A stretch of DNA of 64,000 bases from Ignavibacteria bacterium (lineage in GTDB: Bacteria > Elusimicrobiota > Endomicrobiia > PHAN01), in assembly GCA_041694835.1 (NCBI GenBank), contig JBGFRZ010000082.1:52266-116265 (forward strand). The letters are read 5' to 3'. The position numbers were made by a program, and so were the translations under genes. Positions 33,989 through 43,799 of this stretch are shown here, in pieces (positions within the stretch are counted from its first letter, which is position 1; every line of letters starts with the position of its first letter). The notes below the pieces were generated by a model. That model was not told where the DNA came from. It was given only the letters and a program-made list of their open reading frames with translations, and searched no databases.

Positions 33989-35197
33989 TCACTTCCTCTC
34001 AGAGATATTTTTTATAGACCTCAAAGCGGACGGCGGATGCCTGTAGATTTTGCCATTCTCAGAAGCGCTCCAAAAATGCTTTCCATCGCTCCCGAAGGCG
34101 ATGAGCCTGTAATCCTTTTTTTCGTATTCGGGAAAAACATAGATTTTTTCGAGAATTAAATCTTCGGGAGACATCTTGAAAATCCTGTTGGTCTTTGAAT
34201 CCGCCAAATAAAAATGCTTCTTGTATTTTGTGAAACCACATGGATTTTCAACAGGTATATCGTATGAAGTTATCACAACAAGAAGATTATCTATCTTTTG
34301 TTTGTATATTTTTTTCGTATGAATGTCGTATGACCATATGATATCGCCGTCCAGATAAACACCCGTGGGCGAAGGGCCGGGGGATTTATGCTCCTTTTTA
34401 AATGTTACTTGCGGCAAGGTCTTTTTCTCTCGGGACTTGAGAAAATGAAAGAAGAATCCCTGAAGAGAATCCGCTATCCAAAAATTTTCCGCATCGACGG
34501 CTACGGCCGTCGGCTGGGCTTTATCCTGATTGAGCGCGTCTATCAGCTTAAAATTATTTTTATCATAAACATATATGCCATAATCCATCCAGTCGGAGAC
34601 ATAAACGGCATCGGAATTTATACAGATGTAAGATATATTTTTCGACCGGAAATCGAACGATGCGCCGCTATCGCGAAAGAGTCTCGACTTTATGAGGAAA
34701 ACCAACGATGAGAGAACGGCAAGAGTAAAAAAAATGAGAATGTAAGAGTAGCGGGAAGTTTTCCCAATTGACGGGGCTTTTGCTTTTTTGGCTTCCTTTT
34801 TAACCTGTTGCATGTTTTCCGTCGTGGGTATGGTTTTTTCAACGGCTTTTCTCAATTCTTCCATTCTGAAAGGTTTTGAAATTTTGGATGAGGCGCCCGA
34901 TTTCATCGCGCTCTCAAGCAAAGTTTCGTCGCTGCCTATGCCTTCCATCACGACCACATTCGAGTTCGGACTCGCTTTTTTAAGATCCGCGACAGCTCCC
35001 CGAACCGCATTGACTTCGGATATTTCAGGGAGTTGTATGTCGATGAAAATAATCTCCGGTTTCTCCTTTTGAGCGAGTTCCACGGAAGATTTCATCTCTT
35101 CTGATTCAATAAACTCCGTCTCGCATAAAGAAGAAAGGGAGTTCATCAGAACTTGTCTCATTGTTTTATCGTCGTCGATAATCAAAATTTTTGTCAT
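33989..35197 (-). CDS. response-regulator receiver domain protein with TM helix and C-terminal beta-propeller-like (NHL/YVTN-like) domain
   Basis: MTKILIIDDDKTMRQ....IIFIDIQLP (REC) ... KPFRMEEL; TM YSYILIFFTLAVLSSLVFLI; then repeated Y/W-rich beta-strand blocks. The start was moved to MTKIL, giving a 4-bp overlap with the fumarase-alpha gene. Confidence 0.5.
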   Translation of the reverse strand: MTKILIIDDDKTMRQVLMNSLSSLCETEFIESEEMKSSVELAQKEKPEIIFIDIQLPEISEVNAVRGAVADLKKASPNSNVVVMEGIGSDETLLESAMKSGASSKISKPFRMEELRKAVEKTIPTTENMQQVKKEAKKAKAPSIGKTSRYSYILIFFTLAVLSSLVFLIKSRLFRDSGASFDFRSKNISYICINSDAVYVSDWMDYGIYVYDKNNFKLIDALNQDKAQPTAVAVDAENFWIADSLQGFFFHFLKSREKKTLPQVTFKKEHKSPGPSPTGVYLDGDIIWSYDIHTKKIYKQKIDNLLVVITSYDIPVENPCGFTKYKKHFYLADSKTNRIFKMSPEDLILEKIYVFPEYEKKDYRLIAFGSDGKHFWSASENGKIYRHPPSALRSIKNISERK

Positions 35198-36036
35198 ATA
35201 GTGACTTCTCCGCGCCGCAAGCTGTGGCACTGTATGCTTATCGCACACGGGAGCGAAGCGATGTGTACCGGGAGCGCGGTTATATAAACCGCCAAAGCCG
35301 TCGTTTTGCCGCCGGTGCCCATCGGCCCGATGCCGGTCAGATTTATCAGATGCAGGAGTCTTTTTTCTTTTAAATCGTAAAATTTATCTGGATTTTTCGC
35401 TCCTATATTTCTAAAAAGCGCCTTTTTTGCAGCGGCCGGGGCTGATGAAAAATTTCCACCCACCGCCACGCTGACAACCACCGGTGGACACGAATAGAGA
35501 GCTTTTTGATATACGTTTTCGAGTATATATCCCTCCAAAGAATCCCAAGAGACGTTGGGGGTAAAGAAATTGATTGAACTTGAATTTTCTGAGCCGGCGC
35601 CTTTTAGAAGAACTTTCAATTTTATATTATCGCCTTCGCTCGTTTCGACATAAACCGAGGCAGGGGTGTTGTCTTTTGTATTTTCTCTTTTGAATGGATC
35701 CCTTACGATTGATTTTCTGAATTTTTCATTCAGGTAGGCCGCAGAAACGCCTTCGTTAACAGCATCTTCCAGTCGTCCGCCAATTATCTTTACAGAGCGT
35801 CCGAGTCTGGCAAAAACCTCGACGGCGCCTGTGTCCTGACAAAGCGGGCTCTCGTTTTTTTCGGCGATCCGGAGATTCTCCATTATCTGAAACAGGGTAT
35901 TTCTTGCCAGAAGGTTTTTCTCCCTCTTTCTCGCTTTTTTAAGGGCGGCGGAAACGTCTCCAGGAAGGACATAATTTATTTTTATACAAAGTTTTTTTAC
36001 GGCATCTGCGATTTTTTTATATTCTATTTTGCTCAT
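35194..36036 (-). CDS. class I fumarate hydratase / L(+)-tartrate dehydratase alpha subunit (Fe-S hydro-lyase)
   Basis: KIEYKKIADAVKKLCIKINYVLPGDV...CQDTGAVEVFARLG is typical of the FumA/TtdA N-terminal catalytic domain. No beta subunit is adjacent. Confidence 0.65.
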   Translation of the reverse strand: MSKIEYKKIADAVKKLCIKINYVLPGDVSAALKKARKREKNLLARNTLFQIMENLRIAEKNESPLCQDTGAVEVFARLGRSVKIIGGRLEDAVNEGVSAAYLNEKFRKSIVRDPFKRENTKDNTPASVYVETSEGDNIKLKVLLKGAGSENSSSINFFTPNVSWDSLEGYILENVYQKALYSCPPVVVSVAVGGNFSSAPAAAKKALFRNIGAKNPDKFYDLKEKRLLHLINLTGIGPMGTGGKTTALAVYITALPVHIASLPCAISIQCHSLRRGEVTI

Positions 36037-36060
36037 CGGAGGAGGGTTTGACGCTTTGTA

Positions 36061-37125
36061 CTATTGTCCGGCGATTTCAGATATGTAGACATCCACTATT
36101 TTAGGATCGAATCTGATTTCTTTTCCCATGGCAAGCATTTTGTTAACCGTAGCATCATCCATTCCGTTTGCCTTCATCTCGTCTATAGTTTCCGCCACAT
36201 ATAAAATTCTTGATGCAAGCGGTATCTGTTCACCCGAAAGTCCGTCCGGGAATCCCGTCCCGTCGTAATTTTCGTGATGATGCTTTATTATGACAGCGGC
36301 CCCCTTCAAAAGATTTATGGGTTCAAGCATGCTGGCCCCGATAGACGGATGCTTCGTGTCGATGTCGATATCGGAGCCGGATGTGATAAATATTCCTTCG
36401 GTTATCACTTTGTTTCCTTTTACAAAAAGTCTCCCTATGTCGTGAAGCATTGCACCGTAATAAAGGTCTTTGTATTCTTTGCCTGTAAGCCCCATGTGTC
36501 TGCCTATCATGGTAGTCAGCTGCGTGACTCTGGTGTGATGACCAAGGAGTTTGTTGTCCTGCGCCTCTATGGCAGCCACAAGAACTTCGAGCATGTTTAC
36601 AAAAAAGTTTCTCTGGTCTTCAGATAACTTTGCGTTGTGGATGCTTACAGCCGCAAGATCGGCCAAGGTCGCCAGAATCTCCTGGTCATCCAGGGTGTAT
36701 TGTCCTTCTTTCTTATTAAGAACCTCGACGATGCCGATGAGTTCGTTTTCTATGAGCATCGGGACGCAGAGAATCATCCTCGTCATAAATCCGCTAGATT
36801 TATCAAGCACGCCCGTAAACCTCGGGTCCATCGATACATCGTTTACAATCGTTGGTTTTTTGTTTTCTGCAACCCACCCCGCTATTCCATGACCAACCGG
36901 AACTTTCATTCTCTGGATGATGCCGCCTTTCGTTCCACTGGCCACCTTAAACGAAAGATTTTTTTTATCTTCGTCAAGAAGCATTATGGAAGACGCCTCC
37001 GAACTGAGATGCTCTTCGGCAAGTGCGCTTATCTTTTTGAGCAGTATATCAACATCAAGCGTCGTGGCTATGTTTTTGGCTATCAAAAAAATACTCTTAA
37101 AAATCTCTCTGGTTTTTGGATCCAT
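36061..37125 (-). CDS. GAF-domain HD-GYP phosphodiesterase (c-di-GMP)
   Basis: GHHTRVTQLTTMIGRHMGL is the HD motif. HHENYDGTGFPDGLSGEQIPLASRI is the HD-GYP motif. The N-terminal half is GAF-like. Confidence 0.75.
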   Translation of the reverse strand: MDPKTREIFKSIFLIAKNIATTLDVDILLKKISALAEEHLSSEASSIMLLDEDKKNLSFKVASGTKGGIIQRMKVPVGHGIAGWVAENKKPTIVNDVSMDPRFTGVLDKSSGFMTRMILCVPMLIENELIGIVEVLNKKEGQYTLDDQEILATLADLAAVSIHNAKLSEDQRNFFVNMLEVLVAAIEAQDNKLLGHHTRVTQLTTMIGRHMGLTGKEYKDLYYGAMLHDIGRLFVKGNKVITEGIFITSGSDIDIDTKHPSIGASMLEPINLLKGAAVIIKHHHENYDGTGFPDGLSGEQIPLASRILYVAETIDEMKANGMDDATVNKMLAMGKEIRFDPKIVDVYISEIAGQ

Positions 37126-37133
37126 GCATTCCT

Positions 37134-38849
37134 CTATTGTGCCGAAGACAGAAGCTCTTCGACTGTGCTTAAACCCTGGGCTACCTTAATGAGACCGTCA
37201 GCAAAAAGCAACCTCATTCCTCTTTTTACAGCCAAATCCCTTATCGGCCCTGCTGCTATTTCCGTAAGTAAAAGCCTCCTTATCTCCTCATCCATAATGA
37301 GCAATTCGTGTATGCCCAACCGCCCCTTATAGCCGGAGCCCCTGCAGGTTTTGCATCCGACCGCTTGATAAAACTTTGTGCCTTTCATGTCTATCCCATA
37401 TTTTTTATATAACTCTATATACTTATCCTCCAAAGGAGCCGGCTGCTTGCATTCGCCGCAAAGTCGTCTTATCAAACGTTGAGCCAAAACCCCTTCTATG
37501 GACGAAGCTATCAAAAAAGATGGAATGCCCATCTCATGAAGCCTCGCTACGGCGGAAGGGGCATCGTTCGTGTGAATAGTCGAAAAAACAAGATGGCCCG
37601 TCATGGCGGCCTCCATGCCGATCTGCGCCGTCTCCTTGTCTCTTATTTCTCCGACCATTATTATGTCCGGGTCCTGTCTCAAAAATGCCCTCAGGGCAGC
37701 GGCGAAATCAAATCCTATTTCCTGAATCACGTTCACCTGCATTATTCCGGCAAGATTGTACTCAACTGGATTTTCCGCCGTGAGTATTTTTACATCAGGG
37801 GTGTTAATGGAGTTCAAAGCGGCATAAAGCGTCGTAGATTTTCCGGAGCCCGTTGGACCACAAACGAGTATAAGTCCGTACGGTTTTTCAAGCAAGGTCT
37901 GAAATTTACCAAATGTATCGGGAAGAAAACCGAGTTTTTGAAGATCGACCTGCACGGAAGCCCTATCCAAAACCCTCATTACGCAAGATTCGCCGAAAGC
38001 CGTAGGGATTATATTTACCCTAAACTCTATTGGATTCCCCTTGGCGATGACCTGTATCCTTCCGTCCTGTGGTCTCCTGCGCTCGGTTATATCCATCTGG
38101 TTAGTCATGATTTTCAACTTGGCTATGAGGGCGTTTTTGAACGCCGGCGGCACGGGATGTCGCCATTCGTTGAGGACGCCGTCAACCCTGAATCTTACGA
38201 TGAATTTTTTCTCGAGCGGCTCCATGTGTATATCAGATGCCTTCATTGAAATAGCGTCGAGTATGATGGCGTTTACAAGTTTCTCAACCTCGGGGGCGCT
38301 TGCGTCAAGCTCCGTGATATCGGTCGGTTCTTGTGGCGCAGCCGCGGCGAGTTCGATGCCTTCCGTGTCTCTCTTTTCAATATCGCTTAGAAGTTTATCT
38401 ACCACTTCCGTTCCACCTATCCCGTAAGCCTTGTCGAGACATTTTGTTATATCGTCGGACATAGCCAAAAAAGGCTGAACGTTTATATTCGTTCTAAGAT
38501 GTATGTCCTCGACGGCAAAAATGTCTTTTGGGTCGGCCATAGCGACGTAGAGGTAGTCCTCTTCTTTCGCGAAAGGAACCGTTCTGTGACGGCGGGCAAG
38601 CGCTTCCGGGATGATTTTTACTATCTCCGGATCTATCTCGATGGCATCCAGATCCATCGACTTTACACCCCACTCCACCGAAAGAAGTTTCAGCAAAGCG
38701 AGTCTGTCAATTAATCCGAGTTTTATTATTGTTTGTTCAAGCGGCTGGTTCGTCCTTCTTGTCTCCGAAAGGGCGTGGTTAAACTGCTCATCAGATATGA
38801 GTTTTTTTTCGGTCAGAATTTCTTTTACCGTTTTTCTTCTGCCGGCCAT
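37134..38849 (-). CDS. type II secretion / type IV pilus assembly ATPase (GspE/PilB family) with N-terminal T2SSE_N-like domain
   Basis: Walker A GPTGSGKSTTLYAAL. Asp/His boxes and a tetracysteine CGEC..C.TCRGSGYKGR are present. Length is 571 aa. Confidence 0.85.
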   Translation of the reverse strand: MAGRRKTVKEILTEKKLISDEQFNHALSETRRTNQPLEQTIIKLGLIDRLALLKLLSVEWGVKSMDLDAIEIDPEIVKIIPEALARRHRTVPFAKEEDYLYVAMADPKDIFAVEDIHLRTNINVQPFLAMSDDITKCLDKAYGIGGTEVVDKLLSDIEKRDTEGIELAAAAPQEPTDITELDASAPEVEKLVNAIILDAISMKASDIHMEPLEKKFIVRFRVDGVLNEWRHPVPPAFKNALIAKLKIMTNQMDITERRRPQDGRIQVIAKGNPIEFRVNIIPTAFGESCVMRVLDRASVQVDLQKLGFLPDTFGKFQTLLEKPYGLILVCGPTGSGKSTTLYAALNSINTPDVKILTAENPVEYNLAGIMQVNVIQEIGFDFAAALRAFLRQDPDIIMVGEIRDKETAQIGMEAAMTGHLVFSTIHTNDAPSAVARLHEMGIPSFLIASSIEGVLAQRLIRRLCGECKQPAPLEDKYIELYKKYGIDMKGTKFYQAVGCKTCRGSGYKGRLGIHELLIMDEEIRRLLLTEIAAGPIRDLAVKRGMRLLFADGLIKVAQGLSTVEELLSSAQ

Positions 38850-38882
38850 AGTTGTTTATTAAACAAAATAATTAAAATAAAG

Positions 38883-39893
38883 TCAAACATCGGAGACGGT
38901 AGTTCTGTTTCTCCCGAGCTGTTTTGATTTGTACAGCGCCTCGTCGGCGTTTTTTATCAGTTTCAGAGCGTCCATTTTGATTGAAGAGCCCGCGACGCCA
39001 GCCGATATCGTCACTTTAAGAACCCTGCCCTCATGGTTGAACATCGTCTCCGCTATACTTTCCCTAAGACGTTCGGCCCCTTGATGGGCGTCCGATATAT
39101 GTGTCTGGGGCATTATGACCGCGAACTCCTCGCCGCCGTAGCGCGATTTTACATCTGAAAAACGGAAAGCGTCTTTCAGGAGCCTTGCTATTTCTTTTAT
39201 TACAAAGTCGCCCGCGAGATGGCCGTAGCTGTCGTTGAACCTCTTGAAAAAATCTATGTCAAAAATCATAAGCGACAAATCCAATCCGTATTTTTGGGAA
39301 AGATTCAGCTCGTCGGCGAGTCTCTTTTTGAAATAATTCTGATTGTAAAGTCCCGTCATCGGCTCGCTCACGGTGACTTTTTCAAGCACAGCGTTTTTGA
39401 GTGACTTAGAGGCAAGAGCAGCCATTATCCTAAGCGTCTCTTTTTCAAAATTCGCAACATCATGGAGACTTAAAACCCCGAGATGTTCCTGGCGATGTGT
39501 CAGAGGTATTACAAGCAAAGAACCACCCTTAAGAGGCTTCGTCTGCTCCTGAAAGAATCTTTTGTATCTGCTATCGCTCGATACTTCGTGGATAAATACT
39601 ATATCGTTTACCTTAAGCGCCTCTCCCACAACTCCCTGCGACGGAGAAAGTCTGACCGTTTTCCATGCCGCGGGGGAAAGCCCGGATGCCGCCCTTACGC
39701 TTAAAAGTCCGTCTTCGTCCGGAACCATCAGAGATGCCTTTTTCGTTTTCGTAAACTCCATGAAACTCTCCACGATGGCTCCGACAAGACGCTCGTAGCA
39801 TTTTGCGTTCCCTATCTTTTTTACAGCGTCAGAAAGCTCCTTATTGCCTTGAGAATCTTTCCGAAATAATCCTATTGATTTCAACATTATCAA
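38883..39893 (-). CDS. GAF-domain diguanylate cyclase (GGDEF)
   Basis: RYGGEEFAVIM is the GGDEF motif. There is an N-terminal GAF-like region. The track start overlaps the phoA 3' end by ~50 bp, so the true start may be a downstream ATG. Confidence 0.7.
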   Translation of the reverse strand: MIMLKSIGLFRKDSQGNKELSDAVKKIGNAKCYERLVGAIVESFMEFTKTKKASLMVPDEDGLLSVRAASGLSPAAWKTVRLSPSQGVVGEALKVNDIVFIHEVSSDSRYKRFFQEQTKPLKGGSLLVIPLTHRQEHLGVLSLHDVANFEKETLRIMAALASKSLKNAVLEKVTVSEPMTGLYNQNYFKKRLADELNLSQKYGLDLSLMIFDIDFFKRFNDSYGHLAGDFVIKEIARLLKDAFRFSDVKSRYGGEEFAVIMPQTHISDAHQGAERLRESIAETMFNHEGRVLKVTISAGVAGSSIKMDALKLIKNADEALYKSKQLGRNRTTVSDV

Positions 39894-40953
39894 TAAATCC
39901 TTTTATGTCGTCGGTCTTTGTGTCCGACACCGCCATTATCACGGGAATAGACGTATGCTGTCTGCTGACCCAATAAATGCCTTTTAAATTTTTCAACTCT
40001 TCAATCGTTGGATACCCGTAATCCTTCGATTTCTGAGTTATAGCAACTCCTCCTGTGTCGTGATCGGCGGTGACTATTACAACCGTTTCGGGATTTTTCT
40101 TTTTGTATTCAAGAACAACCCCTATAGCGTCGTCGAACTCCAGAAAATCCTCTATAATGTCTTCCGCCGAGTTTGCATGACCGGCGTGGTCTATCCTGCC
40201 GCCTTCGACCATTAGGAAAAAACCGTCCTTTGACTTTGAAAGAAAATCGAGCGCCGATTTCGTCATCTCCGGAAGCGAAGGCTCGGTGGGTCTTCTGTCC
40301 TTGTAGTAACTCATCTCGTTCTGGTTGAAAAAACCGAGGACGTAATTGGATTTCATAGACGGAAGTTTCTTGAGTTCTTTCTTTGCGTAAATTGTGGCGT
40401 ACCCTTTTGATTTTGAAGTTGCTTCGTCGAAGTATTTAGCGCCTCCGCCGAAAATAAGATTTACTTTTTTTTCAAGTTGCTGGATGGCTATCTCTTCCTT
40501 GTTCGCCCTCGCCGTAACGTTCGCGGAAAAAGCGGCGGGGGTGGCGTCTACGACCTCGCAGGTCGTCACAAGCCCCGTCATCATTTTTCTTTCATGGGCC
40601 AAATCCAATAGCGAGCGAAGCGGGTTTCCTTTTTCGTCGACTCCCACCGCTGTGTTATATGTTTTTTTGCCGCAGGCGATGGATGTGGCCGCAGCGGCGG
40701 AATCAGTAATAAGATGTGAGGCGGAATAAGTTGTAACGAGAGAAATTTTAGTGTCGGCTCTATTCATAAAATTTACTATGTTCATTTCAGATTTTCCAAG
40801 AACAAAGTCGTTGTAGTATTTGGCAAGACCTATAACTCCAGGCCCCATCCCGTCGCCTATCATCAGTATTATCTTCGGAGATTGAGCGAATAAAAGTGAA
40901 GCAAATAGCAAGCAATAAGTGCTAAGTAACAAGAAACGATGCGATTTTTTCAT
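39841..40953 (-). CDS. alkaline phosphatase (PhoA family), secreted
   Basis: IGDGMG is the N-terminal motif. TDSAAAATS carries the active-site Ser. A signal peptide is present. Confidence 0.8.
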   Translation of the reverse strand: MKKSHRFLLLSTYCLLFASLLFAQSPKIILMIGDGMGPGVIGLAKYYNDFVLGKSEMNIVNFMNRADTKISLVTTYSASHLITDSAAAATSIACGKKTYNTAVGVDEKGNPLRSLLDLAHERKMMTGLVTTCEVVDATPAAFSANVTARANKEEIAIQQLEKKVNLIFGGGAKYFDEATSKSKGYATIYAKKELKKLPSMKSNYVLGFFNQNEMSYYKDRRPTEPSLPEMTKSALDFLSKSKDGFFLMVEGGRIDHAGHANSAEDIIEDFLEFDDAIGVVLEYKKKNPETVVIVTADHDTGGVAITQKSKDYGYPTIEELKNLKGIYWVSRQHTSIPVIMAVSDTKTDDIKGFIDNVEINRIISERFSRQ

Positions 40954-40977
40954 AAATCCTCCAAATAGATAATAAAT

Positions 40978-42888
40978 TTATTTTCTGAAAACTTCCGGAA
41001 GTTTGCCGGGCAGTTTTTCGCCAATCTTTTTTTTCAGCTCTTCTTCGGCTTTCTTTTTTTCTATCTCAACATATTCTTTAATGCGGTTTTCAATCTCTTC
41101 AACTTTCGCTTTTGATTCGTCTATCCTGGAGCGAACTTCCTTCTGCTTGTCGATGTATTGTTTTTGTACAGATTCTTTTTTGGAGTTGAATTCTTTCATC
41201 ACCTCGTTTTTCTTCTCGTTAGTTAGACGAACTATTTCGGCTCTGATTTTCTTGTGAAATTCGGCGATTTTTTCTCCGAAAAGCGCTTTCAATCTTTTGG
41301 AAAATATCTTTTCGATATTTGAATTGACCGAAACTTTCAGGTTGTCCGACGGGCCGAGAACTCTTGCGTCGATATTTATGGCATCCATTCCCGACCAGAG
41401 GTTTTTCACAATTTCTTTGACCTCGTCGTCTTCTGGCGCTCGCGCTGAAACTTCGTCCATTGTGAGATTTAATCCACAGTCAATGATGTCGCCGTCCTTC
41501 ACGAACTTGGCGGAGATTCTCGAATTGCTTTTCTCAAAAGATGGCAGATAATCCGAAGACGGCAATCCAAGAGATTTTGATTCCAATCCAATGTAACTTA
41601 TATTCAGGGAGTCGTAAGGCGTTGATTGTGTGTGATCCAACTTGGCTGAAATTTCAATCTTTTTTTTGCCTTTATATCCTTTTATGTCCACAAGCATCGG
41701 ACGGCCTAAAAGAACGGGTTCTGAAGTTATGTCGGTCACCTCCCCTATAAATCCAAGAGGTTCTTCCTGACCAAATGCACCCGAGAGCGAGATTTTTTTT
41801 ATCAGGAAATCTGGCGATGTACCCTTTTTAGGGAAGATGACATCCGTACCCCTTAGACGTTTCCTGACGACTTTTTCCTCCTTTTTCCTGGCGGGCATGT
41901 ATTTTCGGGCAAGATGAATGTAGTACATTACATTATTGACCCTTTCAATCCATACCCTTCCGAAAATCGCCTCGGAGATGTTGCCAAAAGAAACCGGGGG
42001 AAGTTTCAACTTGTCGGCGAAAGCCCTGTAATCTTTCTCTTTAAGTTCGTTTAACCTGCCAAGTAAATTTTTTTCCGATCCGAAGTCGACGGAGATACTA
42101 TCCGATATTTGCATAATTTCCAAATACGATTTTTCGAGCTCCTGTTTCGAGCGGTTCAGTTCGTTTATGACCTGCTTTGCATTTTCGATGTCTTTTGCAT
42201 CCTGTATTTTTATTTGTCTTGCCATCTGCAGGGCGCTCTCGGCCGCTGCAAGTTGAGGGCTGAGCTTTAAATCCGAGAGTTTTGTTTCATAGTGAGAGTA
42301 TTTCTGCGAGTAGCTTTCTTTAAGTGCGTCCATCTCCTTGACCGAGCCAAGCTCGTCGAACTTTACAACTTTGTCAATCGATATTTCCTTGATTTCTTTC
42401 TCATATGATTTTATCTTAGAAAGAGCGGGGAGGGATGCTATCTCGCTCTCCGCTTTCTTTTTCAGTTTTCCGTAAAGCTCAGATGTCAGCCCCTGTTTTT
42501 TCTTCTTTTTCTCTATCTGCACCACCTTTTTCGGCGCAAGAGCGCCTGAAGTTTTACGAGGTGTTCCGGTTTTTATGCCTTCGACGGACATCTCCTCAAT
42601 TATGAATTTTTTCGAAAGAAGCGGGACGGGCTTCACGGCGAATCTGATATCGGATATCTCAAATAAATTCTTCCATGGGTCGTTTTTATCGGCAACTTGC
42701 AGATTTGATATCCCGACAGAGAGGTTTCTGAATTTTGTTTTAAGTGAACCAACATCGACTTTAGCACCGAATATCATCTCTCCCGAAGCCACCAGCGATT
42801 TCTTGAGCAGAATATCCAGCAAAAGGATATTAAAAAGCGTGATAAGAAAAATTATTGCCAACGCTGGAAGTAAAAATTTCCATCTCAT
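40978..42888 (-). CDS. membrane-anchored hypothetical protein (636 aa), possibly AsmA-like
   Basis: It has an N-terminal TM helix and a long coiled-coil middle. There is only weak resemblance to an AsmA N-terminus. Confidence 0.3.
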   Translation of the reverse strand: MRWKFLLPALAIIFLITLFNILLLDILLKKSLVASGEMIFGAKVDVGSLKTKFRNLSVGISNLQVADKNDPWKNLFEISDIRFAVKPVPLLSKKFIIEEMSVEGIKTGTPRKTSGALAPKKVVQIEKKKKKQGLTSELYGKLKKKAESEIASLPALSKIKSYEKEIKEISIDKVVKFDELGSVKEMDALKESYSQKYSHYETKLSDLKLSPQLAAAESALQMARQIKIQDAKDIENAKQVINELNRSKQELEKSYLEIMQISDSISVDFGSEKNLLGRLNELKEKDYRAFADKLKLPPVSFGNISEAIFGRVWIERVNNVMYYIHLARKYMPARKKEEKVVRKRLRGTDVIFPKKGTSPDFLIKKISLSGAFGQEEPLGFIGEVTDITSEPVLLGRPMLVDIKGYKGKKKIEISAKLDHTQSTPYDSLNISYIGLESKSLGLPSSDYLPSFEKSNSRISAKFVKDGDIIDCGLNLTMDEVSARAPEDDEVKEIVKNLWSGMDAINIDARVLGPSDNLKVSVNSNIEKIFSKRLKALFGEKIAEFHKKIRAEIVRLTNEKKNEVMKEFNSKKESVQKQYIDKQKEVRSRIDESKAKVEEIENRIKEYVEIEKKKAEEELKKKIGEKLPGKLPEVFRK

Positions 42889-42918
42889 AATTTTTCTCCT
42901 GTGAAATCCTTCGGATTT

Positions 42919-43431
42919 CTATTTCAGTTTGTCGTATATCCCGTAAATTTTCGTAAGTTTAAGCACCTTCACTATTTTCAACTTTTCCACTTTCGTTTTC
43001 AGATTGGTGCGGTAGTAAATTATGAATTTTTTGGCGAGCAGATATACAGGAACAAAAAGTATAATCGAAATCAAAATGCTACCGAGAACAACGGTGTTGT
43101 TGAATCTAGTGAAAGGAACAATGGGCAGGTTGTAAAGATAACTCCAAAAAGGAGCAAGTAAGCGGGCATCCACAAGCAGAGCGTAGCCGAAGATATCGGC
43201 CAGCGGATCCGCAAAATAGGCCACGAGCTTGAACAAAAGCGCCGAAAATAAAGCTGCTCCTATGTTCACCTTAAGCAAGAATATCAACAGAAATACGAAG
43301 ATGCCGAGAACTAAGCTTAAAGGCACAAGACCAAGTATTACACCGAAAGCCACTCCGGCGGCGATCTCGGACGGAGAAATTTCACTGTGTAACAACCTTA
43401 TGATTTTCTGAATTATCTTTAGCCAAAACAT
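42919..43431 (-). CDS. DUF2062-family membrane protein
   Basis: SPSEIAAGVAFGVILGLVPL..L..FVFLLIFLLKVNIGAALFSALLF is the typical DUF2062 pattern. The gene is flanked by two copies of the palindrome gaaatccttcggatttc (42903 and 43448). Confidence 0.45.
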   Translation of the reverse strand: MFWLKIIQKIIRLLHSEISPSEIAAGVAFGVILGLVPLSLVLGIFVFLLIFLLKVNIGAALFSALLFKLVAYFADPLADIFGYALLVDARLLAPFWSYLYNLPIVPFTRFNNTVVLGSILISIILFVPVYLLAKKFIIYYRTNLKTKVEKLKIVKVLKLTKIYGIYDKLK

Positions 43432-43701
43432 CGATTCCCTCCCATGAAATCCTTCGGATTTCTACATGAGTGTGTATCAGTGCCGACTTAGGCATTCGCT
43501 TCCTGCAAACATTATAGTAATTATTTTTGGTTTTTCAAAAGGTGCTACACTCAAATGTACTGCGGGGGTTGACCCCGTTAGAAATTATAGCGCTCTTAAG
43601 AGGAAATTAAAAGTTTCCCTGAACTCCTCAAATCATCAGAGATTTCTAACGGGGTTGACTAAAAAATTCGTATTTGATAGAATAACTCGCATATAATTTG
43701 A

Positions 43702-43787
43702 CGCCGGGGTGGCGGAACTGGCAGACGCAAGGGACTTAAAATCCCTCGGGGGGCAACCTCCATGTGGGTTCGATTCCCACCCTCGGC
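43702..43787 (+). tRNA. tRNA-Leu (anticodon UAA), long variable arm
   Basis: GCCGGGGTGGCGGAACTGGCAGACGC-AAGGGACTTAAAATCCCTC-GGGGGGCAACCTCCATGT-GGGTTCGATTCCCACCCTCGGCA gives a cloverleaf with a 7-bp acceptor stem, an anticodon loop CTTAAAA and a T-arm GGGTTCGATTCCC. A TATAAT lies 6 bp upstream. Confidence 0.8.
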
Positions 43788-43799
43788 AAAAGGAGAATT

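Noticed and set aside
37134-37530. c-di-GMP-binding MshEN domain at the N-terminus of the PilB/GspE ATPase
   Set aside because: The N-terminus looks like the generic T2SSE_N domain. I could not identify the paired RLGxxL..G..xxxxL MshEN motifs by eye, so it is left as a hypothesis only.
43665-43701. Full sigma70 promoter for tRNA-Leu
   Set aside because: A TATAAT lies at 43691-43696. The candidate -35 (ttgata) is only 12 bp upstream and ttgact is 31 bp away, so spacing is wrong. Only the -10 element is noted.
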